Of a DNA stretch of 64,000 nt, positions 9,712 to 19,659 are shown piece by piece. Position numbers and translations under genes: made by a program. The stretch covers positions 128,001 to 192,000 of the forward strand of contig CP182352.1 of NCBI GenBank assembly GCA_048571215.1, written 5' to 3'. The notes beneath the pieces are model-generated. The model ran no database searches, was not told where the DNA came from, and saw only the letters and a program-made list of their open reading frames with translations. The first letter of the stretch is position 1. Every line of letters begins with the position of its first letter. The stretch is from Halarcobacter sp. GTDB lineage: Bacteria; Campylobacterota; Campylobacteria; Campylobacterales; Arcobacteraceae.

Positions 9712-11826
9712 ATGAATAATAAACATAAAATACTAAAAGATATTTTCGGACATGAACACTTTAGAAGCTTTCAAGAGGAAGTTGTTGATTGTATAACTAA
9801 CAAACAAGATGTTTTAACTATCCTTCCAACAGGTGGGGGAAAATCTCTTTGTTATCAACTGCCAACCTTACTTATGACTGGAGTTACTGTTGTAATATCT
9901 CCACTAATTGCACTTATGCAAGACCAAGTAAAAGCACTCAATGACTTGGATATAAAAGCAGAAATGATAAGCTCTTCCCAAAGTGCTGATGAAAATAGTT
10001 TTACAATGCAAAAGCTTTTAAAAGGTGAATTAAAATTTATCTATGTGGCACCAGAAAGGTTGGTTTCAAACGATTTTGTAGGAGTACTTCAAAGAATAGA
10101 TATAAACTATTTTGTAATAGATGAAGCCCACTGTGTATCTGCTTGGGGTCATGAGTTTAGAGCAGAGTATAGAAACCTTGATAAATTAAAAAGATTTTTT
10201 CCAAATACACCAATTGCAGCATTTACGGCAACTGCTACTAAAAAGGTTGAAACTGATATTGCTTCAAGTTTAAATTTACAAAATGCAAAACATTTTAGAG
10301 CAAAAACAGTAAGGGAAAATCTTGATATCAAGGTGGAACCACGAATATCAAATGGAAAAAAACAGATATTGAATTTTTTGAAAACCCATAAGGGTTTATG
10401 TGGGATTATATATACTTTTACACGAAAAGAAACAGAATCAACTGCACTTTTTTTACAAGAAAATGGATATAGCGCAAAAGCTTACCATGCGGGACTTAGT
10501 CCTGTAGTAAAAGATGAGGTTTACAATGACTTTGTATATGAAAAGATTGATATAGTTGTGGCAACTATCGCTTTTGGTATGGGAATTGATAAATCAAATA
10601 TAAGATTTGTTATACATACTTCTTTACCTAAAACCTTAGAAAACTATTATCAAGAGATTGGTCGTGCAGGGCGTGATGGTGAGATGTCTTATGTATATTT
10701 ACTTTATTCAAAATCTGATGAGGTAAAAAGAAAAATCCAAATAGAAGAAGCAATTGACAATGCATACAAACAAACAGGACTAGATAAGCTTGAAGCGATG
10801 TATCGATATTGTGTTAGTAATAAGTGCCGACATAAACTTATAGCAAACTATTTTGAAGATGAAATTGAAGATTGCAAAACCCTTTGTGATAATTGTACAA
10901 AAGGGGAGATTGAACTTGTAGATGTAAGTGTTGATGCCCAAAAGTTTCTAAGTGCTGTATATAGGAGTGAACAAAGATTTGGACAAAATCATATTATAGA
11001 TATTTTAAGGGGTTCCAAAAATCAAAAACTTTTAGAGTTTGGACATGACAAACTTAGTGTTTATAATATAGGGCTTGATAAAAGTAAAAATGAGTGGATA
11101 GCTATAGTTGATAAACTAATAGATATGCAAGCCCTAGCTTTAGGAGAATTTAGAGCTTTAAAAATCACCAATTTAGGTTTGCAAATATTAAAAGGGCAAG
11201 AAAAAGTTTTAATAGATAGTGATAAACTTGGACTTGCACAAAAAATAGAAGAACAGCAAGATGAGCTTAGTTTTGATGAAGAGTTATTTGAAAGATTTAG
11301 AACACTAAGACGAGAGATTGCATTGGAACATGAGGTTCCAGCTTATGTGATTTTTGGAGATAAAAGTTTAAAAGAATTAGCTTCGAAACTTCCTACAACA
11401 AAAGAGAAGATGTTGGAGATAAATGGAGTAGGTCTTGTAAAGTATGAAAAATATGGAGAGGCTTTTTTAAATTTGTGTCAAAGTATTAAGCAGGAGTATA
11501 AAGAGGTTTTAGAAACGAAAAAACCACTTAAGAAACTCACAAAAACATATTTAGAAACATTGGATTTAGTAAAAGAGAATAAAAGCTTGGAAGAGATATC
11601 TCAAATTAGAGATTTAAATATCACATCTATTTTATCCCATATATCACTTTTAAGTGAACACCAAGAGATAACAAAAAATCAAAAAGTAGAACTTCTCAAA
11701 CCTTTAGAAGTTCCAAAAGAGATAAAACTGTGGATAGAACAAGGTATAAAATTGGAGAGTTTCAAGGAACTAAGACAGCACTTATATTTATATGAATATT
11801 TATCAAAGGAATTAGATGAACTATAA
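9712..11826 (+). CDS. recQ: ATP-dependent DNA helicase RecQ
   Basis: PTGGGKSLCYQLP, DEAHCVSAWGHEFR, YYQEIGRAGRDG, Zn/RQC cysteines, HRDC domain (VPAYVIFGD). Confidence 0.97.
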   Translation: MNNKHKILKDIFGHEHFRSFQEEVVDCITNKQDVLTILPTGGGKSLCYQLPTLLMTGVTVVISPLIALMQDQVKALNDLDIKAEMISSSQSADENSFTMQKLLKGELKFIYVAPERLVSNDFVGVLQRIDINYFVIDEAHCVSAWGHEFRAEYRNLDKLKRFFPNTPIAAFTATATKKVETDIASSLNLQNAKHFRAKTVRENLDIKVEPRISNGKKQILNFLKTHKGLCGIIYTFTRKETESTALFLQENGYSAKAYHAGLSPVVKDEVYNDFVYEKIDIVVATIAFGMGIDKSNIRFVIHTSLPKTLENYYQEIGRAGRDGEMSYVYLLYSKSDEVKRKIQIEEAIDNAYKQTGLDKLEAMYRYCVSNKCRHKLIANYFEDEIEDCKTLCDNCTKGEIELVDVSVDAQKFLSAVYRSEQRFGQNHIIDILRGSKNQKLLEFGHDKLSVYNIGLDKSKNEWIAIVDKLIDMQALALGEFRALKITNLGLQILKGQEKVLIDSDKLGLAQKIEEQQDELSFDEELFERFRTLRREIALEHEVPAYVIFGDKSLKELASKLPTTKEKMLEINGVGLVKYEKYGEAFLNLCQSIKQEYKEVLETKKPLKKLTKTYLETLDLVKENKSLEEISQIRDLNITSILSHISLLSEHQEITKNQKVELLKPLEVPKEIKLWIEQGIKLESFKELRQHLYLYEYLSKELDEL

Positions 11827-12616
11827 AGATATAGATTTTAATGAACTTTATATAAAACAAAAACAGGCTTCAACTTTTAAGATAAAAGATAAACAAGAAT
11901 GGAATAAAAAAGCTCCTTCAATGAATAAAAAGGTGCAAAAAAGCATATACAATGAAGAGCTTATTTCAAAATTAGATTTTACTGATTGTAAATCTTTACT
12001 TGATGTTGGATGTGGAGTTGGAAGTATTACAACTAAAATAGCTAAAAAACTAACTACTGTTTATGCCCTTGATTATTCGGAGACTATGTTAGAGCTTTTA
12101 AGTGAAAATATGAAAAAAACAGGTGTTGAAAATATAATAACTGTTAAAAAATCTATTGAAGATTCTTGGGATGAAGTTCCAAGTGCTGATATAGTATTGG
12201 CTTCAAGATCTATGGAAGTAACTAATATGAAAAGTTCACTTGAAAAGCTAAATGAAAAGGCAAATAAAAGGGTTTATATCTCATATAAAGTTGGTGGAAG
12301 CTTTGTTGATAAAAAAGTTTTAAAAGCTATAGATAGGGAAGTGTTTGATAAGCCTGATTATATCATAGTGTTAAATATCTTATACTCTATGGGGATAAAT
12401 GCAAAGCTTGATTATCTTAGAAGTGAGGGTAGACGAGAACAATATGATTCTAAAGAGAGTTTCATAAAAAGTGTAGAGTGGAGTTTGGATAAGTTAAGCA
12501 ATAAAGAGAAAGAACAGCTTTCAAACTATTATGATGGTTTAGAAAACAAAGAGGATTTAGGGGATAAGTTCAATTATTGGGCATTGATTTATTGGGATAA
12601 GAATAGTATATTATAA
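11816..12616 (+). CDS. Class I SAM-dependent methyltransferase
   Basis: LLDVGCGVG SAM-binding motif; overlaps the recQ stop. Confidence 0.85.
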   Translation: MNYKDIDFNELYIKQKQASTFKIKDKQEWNKKAPSMNKKVQKSIYNEELISKLDFTDCKSLLDVGCGVGSITTKIAKKLTTVYALDYSETMLELLSENMKKTGVENIITVKKSIEDSWDEVPSADIVLASRSMEVTNMKSSLEKLNEKANKRVYISYKVGGSFVDKKVLKAIDREVFDKPDYIIVLNILYSMGINAKLDYLRSEGRREQYDSKESFIKSVEWSLDKLSNKEKEQLSNYYDGLENKEDLGDKFNYWALIYWDKNSIL

Positions 12617-12628
12617 GAGTTTATCCTC

Positions 12629-13741
12629 TTATAATATATTTAGTTGATGTGCTAAATCAGCTGCAATTCTTTTATAGTTTCTAATCTCAAGAAGTCTTTC
12701 TTGACCCCTTTTACCAACCTGTGCCACATCCTCTTTTGATAAAGAGATGATATATTCGATTTTTTCTTTTATAGAGTCTTTATTAAACTTACAAAACCAA
12801 GCATCATAATCATCTGTAAAAAGTGTATTATTATTTGCATTGTTGGTCATAATACAAGGTACAGTTGATGAGTAATAATCTAAGATTTTTACTGGGGTTG
12901 AGGTATTAAATAGTGGGATATCAGGTAAGATAGATACTCCAATATCAGCTTTAGATATCAAATCAAGAAGTTGTTCTTTATTTTTTGCATTATGAATTAT
13001 CACATTATTGTTTAGATTTCCAATTGAGTTTACAACTTTTTGAGCATAATCGGGGTCTTTTGTTGAGATTGTTAATTTCCAATTATCATTTCCTATCTCA
13101 CTAAAAGCTTCTAGTACTGTTTCAAACTCTCTTAACTTATCTAAAGTCCCAGCATAGAAAAACCTCTTTTCACTACCTTCATGTTGAATATTTTCATGTA
13201 AAATTTCTGGGTCGATTGCAGGGGGACATATCATTGTTCTTATTGTTACACCTTCAAAAAACTCCTCTTTCATTTGAGTTGATGTTGGTAGGAAAATATC
13301 ACATTGATTTATAAGTTTTGTTTCTGAATAAGTGGTTAGGGTGTTGTTTAAATATTTTAAAAAACTGTTTTTATTGTTTGCTTTATCCACTTGCATTTTA
13401 GCTCTTCTTTTAGGAAAAGATAGTCTATAACCCACTTTATATTCATAGGTTCTACTTAGTGATAAAACATGTTTTAGTACATCACTACTATTTCTTACTA
13501 CTACATAAGAATAAGAAGAGATGTCTATATTATTGTTTTCTAATATATTTAGTGTTTTTGCTTTTTCCGATTTTGGTAAAATAAATTCATGTTCTTTTCT
13601 TTTTTCAAAATCTGTTTTAAACTCACTAAAGTAAACAATATCAATATCAAAATACTCTTTTAAATATTTTTCAAACAAAGGACCTATAAAACTGTGGTCT
13701 GTATATTCATCTTGATCTGTAATGTATAAAAATTTTTCCAT
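12629..13741 (-). CDS. GT-B glycosyltransferase (family 1/4-like)
   Basis: FFYAGTLDKLR and ADIGVSILPD...STPVKILDY; start moved to ATG 13741 behind SD AAGGAG. Confidence 0.75.
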   Translation of the reverse strand: MEKFLYITDQDEYTDHSFIGPLFEKYLKEYFDIDIVYFSEFKTDFEKRKEHEFILPKSEKAKTLNILENNNIDISSYSYVVVRNSSDVLKHVLSLSRTYEYKVGYRLSFPKRRAKMQVDKANNKNSFLKYLNNTLTTYSETKLINQCDIFLPTSTQMKEEFFEGVTIRTMICPPAIDPEILHENIQHEGSEKRFFYAGTLDKLREFETVLEAFSEIGNDNWKLTISTKDPDYAQKVVNSIGNLNNNVIIHNAKNKEQLLDLISKADIGVSILPDIPLFNTSTPVKILDYYSSTVPCIMTNNANNNTLFTDDYDAWFCKFNKDSIKEKIEYIISLSKEDVAQVGKRGQERLLEIRNYKRIAADLAHQLNIL

Positions 13742-13960
13742 GGCTTTACTCCTTAAATAGTTAGACAATTATATATCTTAATAGTTGCAAAAAGAAAGCA
13801 TTGTAAAAAGATGAATAAATTTATTTAATTATATATTAGTTATTTCTTTTATGGAGAATTTAAAGTTTTTTATCTAATAATTAATTAGTTTTAATTATAA
13901 ATGATAGAAAGAGTATATATAAGGTGTTATTTAGCGTTATTTTTTAGGTAAGGTTTTAGT

Positions 13961-15022
13961 ATGTATGAAAGTATAAAGTATTATAAAGAATTTAATCAAT
14001 TAAAAAATACTAAACTTAATACTAAGGCTGAGTATATTATATTTGTAACAGAAAATTCAAATATTGATTATACTTTATTTTTATCTTTAAATATAAAATT
14101 CTATGGTGCAATTTTCCCTCAAATTATTTTTGAAAATAAAGCTTATGAAAAAGGTATATTGTTAGTTGAGTTAAAAGATTGTGCAAAGGTAGTTTTTTTT
14201 AACAATATGGCAGATGCAACTTTTGAAGAGTATCAATTTGAATATACAAAATCTATAATGACTATATTTGATGGTTTTTCTACCTCTTCATCAAAATTTT
14301 TAGAAGAGATATTTGAAAACATCAAACTTCATACAAATATATTTGGAGGAGGTGCAGGGTATTTAACTAAACCTAGAGAGAAAAATATATTTTCAAATAG
14401 TGGTAGATTTTTAGATGCAGCTTTTTTTATTTTTTTGGAAAAAAAAGTTAGTTTAGGGATAAGTCATGGATGGGAGTATTTAGAAGGTCCTTTTATAGCT
14501 ACTAAGACAGATAAAAATCAGATTGATGAGATAGATTATGAAAATGCTTTTGAAGTTTATAAAAGAGTTATTCAATTACATTGTGAAGAAAAAATCTCTA
14601 GAGCTAATTTTTTAGAAATTGCCAAAAAATACCCTTTAGGTATTATTAAATTTAATGGGGAATCGTTGATTAGAGATCCTTTTGAGATTGATAATAAAGG
14701 TAGTATAAAATTAGCTGGTGATATACATACTAATACTATTTTTAATATTTTAAAAGGTGAAAAAAAAGCATTGATAGATGCAGCTTCAAATGCGGCAAAG
14801 CAAGCTTCTGAGTGTAAAAATAAAGAGCTATTTATGTTTGAGTGTATAACTAGATTACATTTTTTAGAAAGTGATTTAGAAACTGAAATCGAAGAGATTA
14901 TAGAAAACTCAAAGGTTGAAAGTATTTATGGTGTTTTTAGTGTAGGTGAGATTGGAAATAATGGTGATAGATATATCAATATTTTAAATAAAAGTAGTGT
15001 ATTGGCTGGAATATGGCACTAA
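13961..15022 (+). CDS. FIST-domain signal transduction protein
   Basis: GAIFPQII, IFGGGAG, SHGW, IDYENAFEVY, YPLGI, FECITR, GVFSVGEIG. Confidence 0.8.
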   Translation: MYESIKYYKEFNQLKNTKLNTKAEYIIFVTENSNIDYTLFLSLNIKFYGAIFPQIIFENKAYEKGILLVELKDCAKVVFFNNMADATFEEYQFEYTKSIMTIFDGFSTSSSKFLEEIFENIKLHTNIFGGGAGYLTKPREKNIFSNSGRFLDAAFFIFLEKKVSLGISHGWEYLEGPFIATKTDKNQIDEIDYENAFEVYKRVIQLHCEEKISRANFLEIAKKYPLGIIKFNGESLIRDPFEIDNKGSIKLAGDIHTNTIFNILKGEKKALIDAASNAAKQASECKNKELFMFECITRLHFLESDLETEIEEIIENSKVESIYGVFSVGEIGNNGDRYINILNKSSVLAGIWH

Positions 15023-16236
15023 ATAAATTAGCAATCTCATATAAGTGTTTAAACTCAATTGGAAATTCACTAAATTTAAGGCAAATGAGTAGTGAGTTTT
15101 TAAAAACTTTTGTTTTTGAAACCGATGCAGTTCATGGTTCATATTATATAAATGAAAATAATAGATATGAACAATTTATAAGTATTGGAAATAATATTTG
15201 TTTAGTATTGTCTGACTTGATTGTAGATGAAACAGCAGAGCTTATTATAGATGATTTTAATTCAACGTTTAAAGTTTTTATTTTTAAAGTTGAAAATGGA
15301 TATATGGTTTTTATATATAGTTTAGAGGTTAATATTGATTTTTTAAAAAAGATATTTGAAGCACTTAAAAATAGACTAAATATAAGTATCAATTCTTGTT
15401 TAAATGTACAAGAGTTAAAAAAAACAAATGAAGATTTATCTGAGCAAAAACTACAATTAGAAAATTTAACTATGTATTTAAAAGATGAGATAGATGCCGC
15501 AATAAAAATAAATATGCAAAAAGAGAGAAAACTTTTCGAACAATCAAAAATGTTACAAATGAGTGAACTAATAAGTAATATAGCCCATCAATGGAGACAA
15601 CCTCTAAGTGTAATAACAACATCAGCAAGTGGTATGAAAATAAAAAAAGATTTAGATATGTTATCTACTGAGGATTTTTTGCATTATGTTCAATCTATTT
15701 TAGATAATTCCAAATATTTATCAAATACTTTAGATGAGTTTAGCGAATATATAAAAGAGGGGCAAAAACAAAAAGAGGTAATCTTACAAGAAAGATTAAA
15801 ATTAGCTCTTAGTTTAATAGAATCTTCTTATAATGTAGAGAAGATAAAAGTAGTAGAAGGGTTTATAGAAAAAAAAGATATCACAATAAATATTGTTGTT
15901 GGGGATTTACTAAGAGTTTTGGTATCTATGTTCAATAACTCTAAAGATGCATTTATAATAAAAGAGATAGAAGATAGATGGGTAAAGTATGAGATTTACA
16001 AAAAAGATGAAAAAACAGCACTTATTACATTAGAGGATAATGCAGGAGGAATTCCAGAATCAATTATTGATAAAATTTTTAATCCATATTTTACTACAAA
16101 ACATCAATACAAAGGGACAGGTATAGGTTTATATTCTGCTTATGATGTTATTGTAAACAAATTAAAAGGTAAGTTAAAAGTTGAAAATACTAAAGGTGGT
16201 GCAAAGTTTTATATAGAGATACCAATATATAAATAG
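15013..16236 (+). CDS. Sensor histidine kinase
   Basis: H-box IAHQWRQPLS; DNAGGI and FNPYFTTK...GTGIGL; overlaps the FIST gene. Confidence 0.9.
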   Translation: MALNKLAISYKCLNSIGNSLNLRQMSSEFLKTFVFETDAVHGSYYINENNRYEQFISIGNNICLVLSDLIVDETAELIIDDFNSTFKVFIFKVENGYMVFIYSLEVNIDFLKKIFEALKNRLNISINSCLNVQELKKTNEDLSEQKLQLENLTMYLKDEIDAAIKINMQKERKLFEQSKMLQMSELISNIAHQWRQPLSVITTSASGMKIKKDLDMLSTEDFLHYVQSILDNSKYLSNTLDEFSEYIKEGQKQKEVILQERLKLALSLIESSYNVEKIKVVEGFIEKKDITINIVVGDLLRVLVSMFNNSKDAFIIKEIEDRWVKYEIYKKDEKTALITLEDNAGGIPESIIDKIFNPYFTTKHQYKGTGIGLYSAYDVIVNKLKGKLKVENTKGGAKFYIEIPIYK

Positions 16237-16267
16237 GATTATAGTTTAGCTTGAATTGAAAGAAAAA

Positions 16268-17095
16268 TTATATTATTTTAGTAAGGTTACATAAACCTTT
16301 AAATTGTGGGAAATTATTTGAACCTTTTACAAATCTATTTGGTGTATCATTAGTAAAGTGTTTAAACTCTCTAATAAAATGAGATTGGTCAGAAAAATTA
16401 TGTTTTAAAGTAAGTTCATTAAAGTCTATATTAAATTGTCTAAATTTCATAAAGTCTAACACTGAATAAAATCTTCCTATTCTACTTATATTTTTGGGTG
16501 TTAATCCAGTGAAATCTTTTACTTTTCTTTCTATTTGTCTTATTGATAGGTTTTGTTCTTTAAAAAATCTATTTAAATCACCATCTTTATATAGTCCATT
16601 TATATTAGAAATTAGTTCATCAGCATAAAATTTGTTTTTATTGAATAATTCTAAAAAATAGGAATTAATTATATTATTTACTTTACTAATATTATGTTTA
16701 GTATCATTTATTTTGTCAATAAGTGTTTCATCAAATTGAACTCCTAAGTCTTTTGCTGTGTAGATTTTATTAGAAAACTCTATAGCTGGTATTTTAAATA
16801 ATTGATAAAAAATACTTGGATTAAAATGGATATCAATAGCATAAAAATCATCACTAATATAAGCTTCATGACTATCTAATGGAGGCATTATATAAATGCC
16901 TCTTTTAAAACTTCTATTTTCAAATAAACTTAAAGTAAGACTTCCTTCAATTACAATAAATATTGTCGCGCATCCATCTTGAAGTATTCTTTTGGCTATT
17001 TTATTTTCCCCAATGCCATTACCTATTAAAAACCAATAGGCTTTAATCCAATTTGATAATTGAAAATTTGGTAAAAACATTTTAGAAGTTAACAT
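16268..17095 (-). CDS. AraC-family regulator (DUF6597-type N-terminus), probable qhp-cluster activator
   Basis: LSIRQIERK...GLTPK and FSDQSHFIREFKHFTNDTP; adjacent to the qhp cluster. Confidence 0.8.
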   Translation of the reverse strand: MLTSKMFLPNFQLSNWIKAYWFLIGNGIGENKIAKRILQDGCATIFIVIEGSLTLSLFENRSFKRGIYIMPPLDSHEAYISDDFYAIDIHFNPSIFYQLFKIPAIEFSNKIYTAKDLGVQFDETLIDKINDTKHNISKVNNIINSYFLELFNKNKFYADELISNINGLYKDGDLNRFFKEQNLSIRQIERKVKDFTGLTPKNISRIGRFYSVLDFMKFRQFNIDFNELTLKHNFSDQSHFIREFKHFTNDTPNRFVKGSNNFPQFKGLCNLTKII

Positions 17096-17108
17096 TTAAT
17101 CCCTTTAT

Positions 17109-17783
17109 TTAAAAAGCATATATTATTGATGCAACAAGGTTTTTTTCATCTTTCATACCACTAATTGTATCCGCTTCAAAATTTGAAAAGGTTAAATCTA
17201 AAATTACTGCATTGTTATTTATAGGGAATACCTTAGATATACCTATTGTTTGGTTTGTTCCTATATCTTCTAAGTCTCCAGCACTTGCTCTTAGAGAAAA
17301 TTGATCAAAATCATATGAAGTGAATCCTTCAACATAATCAGATTTAGAAGCATCGTTCTCAACCCAAGTATTTAACCCATAACTAGCACCAATTGTTAAT
17401 TTATCAATATGATATGCAAGTTCTAGTTTTAATTCATCTAAATCATTAATAATATCAGAATTATAAGTAAATCTAGAATATCTTAAATTTGCATCAAGAT
17501 TGTTGATACTTGTTTTATATCCAACATAATAATCTATTTCTATGTCAGCGTCTGCTCCAACATAATCCACATTTGAAGCCCATGTTCCTACATAAAAACC
17601 TTTATAATCTGCAGTAAGTTCCCCAATTAAAGCAGCTTTGTCATCTGTTTGTGTCATCCCTTTAGAAATATAGTTACTTGTTAAAGCAACACTCCCACTT
17701 ATATTAATATCTTCTGCATACATAGAAGAAGAAAGTGCTGTAGCTAATACACAGCTAAGTAAGATTTTATTTGTTGTGTTCAT
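17109..17783 (-). CDS. TorF/Gcw_chp-type outer-membrane beta-barrel (putative porin)
   Basis: Signal peptide; SNYISKGMTQT, GFYVGTWASNV, EIDYYVGY; C-terminal Phe; ATG 17783 with SD AAGGA. Confidence 0.75.
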   Translation of the reverse strand: MNTTNKILLSCVLATALSSSMYAEDINISGSVALTSNYISKGMTQTDDKAALIGELTADYKGFYVGTWASNVDYVGADADIEIDYYVGYKTSINNLDANLRYSRFTYNSDIINDLDELKLELAYHIDKLTIGASYGLNTWVENDASKSDYVEGFTSYDFDQFSLRASAGDLEDIGTNQTIGISKVFPINNNAVILDLTFSNFEADTISGMKDEKNLVASIIYAF

Positions 17784-17894
17784 ATCTATCCTTGTTTTTG
17801 AATTGTAAAAGTATAACTTCAAAAGTTGATTAATAAAATAGTTTAATGTTTAAAAAAAAATCAGAAAAAATAGAATTACTCTATAAAAATATCT

Positions 17895-17994
17895 AAAATG
17901 TCGTTTTTATTCTATTATTTGATATAAATAATTAAAAAAAATTATATACACATTGTTGTATAAAATATATACAAAAATGTCGTTTTTATTCTAT
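17895..17994 (+). promoter_or_regulatory. Two identical 21-bp direct repeats upstream of qhpA
   Basis: AAAATGTCGTTTTTATTCTAT at 17895-17915 and 17974-17994; TATAAT -10 at 18015-18020. Confidence 0.7.
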
Positions 17995-18063
17995 ACATTA
18001 ATTTACTTTATCCATATAATTTCATAAATCATCAAAAATGGTGAAAACAAAAAGGAGAAAAAA

Positions 18064-19650
18064 TTGAAAACTACTTATTTGAATTCAGTTCTTAAATTTG
18101 GCGTTGGTTTATTACTAACAAGTTCATGTTTAAGTGCTTTAGACTTTGAAGATGGAAAAAATGTCGTTGAGACAAAATGTACTGCTTGTCATAGTGGTAA
18201 TTTAAAATCTGGTCTAAGTCGTATTTCTGAACAAAGAAAAAGTCCAGAAGGTTGGTATATGACAGTTTCTAGAATGCAAAGGTTAAATGGTTTATCTTTA
18301 ACAGCAGATGAGAAAAAAAGTGTTATAAAATACTTAGCTGATACTCAAGGTTTAAACAAAGAAGAGAGTGAGCCATATAGATATGTTTTAGAAAAAACCC
18401 CAAACTATCAAGAGGGTGAACATAATCAACTTTTCGTTGAAATGTGTAATAGATGCCACAGTGCAGCCAGAATTGGTCTTCAAAGAAGAAGTCCAGCTGA
18501 ATGGGCAAATTTAGTTGAATTTCATATGGGACATATCCCATCTATAGATTATCATGCCTTATCAAGGGATAGAAATTGGTATGAAATTGCAAAAAATAAA
18601 ATGGTTCCATATTTGAGTGAAAAGTATTCTCTTGATAAAAAATTTGTAAAACAAGATGCTAATTATGAAGGTTCATGGATTCTTTATGGACATAGATTAG
18701 GTGCAGGTGATTTCACTGCAACAATGAAAGTAAAAAAAATCTCTACTGATACTTATAAGTTAACTTTAAAAGGAAACTATCTTGATGGAAGAGAGTTTAG
18801 TGCTACAGGAAAAGCTGATGTTTATTCAGGCTATGAATGGAGAGCAAATTTAGATTTAGATGGTATTGATACAAAACAAGTATTTAAAATGGATGCAAAA
18901 AATTCAACATTAAGTGGAAGTATGTTTGAAAAACTTCATTCAGAAGAGCACTCTTTTATCACAGGGGTAAAACAATCAGATAAAAAAGTAACTATTTTAG
19001 GTGTTTATCCAAAATCAGTAAAAGCAGGTACGAATGGGGTTATCACAATCAGTGGTAATAATTTAGACAAAAAAGTTACATTATCTTCTGCTTTAAAAGT
19101 AAATAAAATATTAGAACAATCATCAAATAAAATTGTTTTGGATGTAACTGCAAGTTCAAAATATGATTCAAAAGAGATAGATATAAAAATAGGTTCATCG
19201 TCATTTAAAGATAAACTTGTTGTATATAAAAAACTTGATGCTTTAAAAGTTTATCCATCTTATGCAATAGCAAGAGTTGGTGATGGTGGAGGAACTATTC
19301 CTAAACAACATGCTATTTTTGAAGCTTATGGTTATCTAAAAGGAGCTGATGGAAAAATTGGTACTGCTGATGATATTTCTATTGGAGAAGTAGATGCAAA
19401 ATGGAGTTTAGCACCATTTGATGAAAGATCTAAAGAGGATCAAGATATTAAGTATATTGGAACAATCGATTCATATAGTGGAAGATTTATTCCCTCATTT
19501 GCAGGACCAAATCCAAAAAGAAAATTTAGCACTAACAATGCAGGAAATGTAAAAGTTATTGCAACATATAAAGAAAAAAACGAAACTTTTAAAGCTGACT
19601 CTCATATGATAGTTACAGTTCAAAAATGGGTAAACCCTCCAATAGAATAG
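18064..19650 (+). CDS. qhpA: Quinohemoprotein amine dehydrogenase alpha subunit
   Basis: Signal peptide; haem-c motifs CTACH and CNRCH; QRKSPEGWYMTVSRM; NPKRKFSTNNAGN...VTVQKW. Confidence 0.95.
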   Translation: MKTTYLNSVLKFGVGLLLTSSCLSALDFEDGKNVVETKCTACHSGNLKSGLSRISEQRKSPEGWYMTVSRMQRLNGLSLTADEKKSVIKYLADTQGLNKEESEPYRYVLEKTPNYQEGEHNQLFVEMCNRCHSAARIGLQRRSPAEWANLVEFHMGHIPSIDYHALSRDRNWYEIAKNKMVPYLSEKYSLDKKFVKQDANYEGSWILYGHRLGAGDFTATMKVKKISTDTYKLTLKGNYLDGREFSATGKADVYSGYEWRANLDLDGIDTKQVFKMDAKNSTLSGSMFEKLHSEEHSFITGVKQSDKKVTILGVYPKSVKAGTNGVITISGNNLDKKVTLSSALKVNKILEQSSNKIVLDVTASSKYDSKEIDIKIGSSSFKDKLVVYKKLDALKVYPSYAIARVGDGGGTIPKQHAIFEAYGYLKGADGKIGTADDISIGEVDAKWSLAPFDERSKEDQDIKYIGTIDSYSGRFIPSFAGPNPKRKFSTNNAGNVKVIATYKEKNETFKADSHMIVTVQKWVNPPIE

Positions 19651-19659
19651 GAAAATATT

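Noticed and set aside
17852..17860. Poly-A tract as a phase-variation site
   Set aside because: A/T runs of 8-9 nt are common throughout this window, and I saw no long poly-G/C tract.
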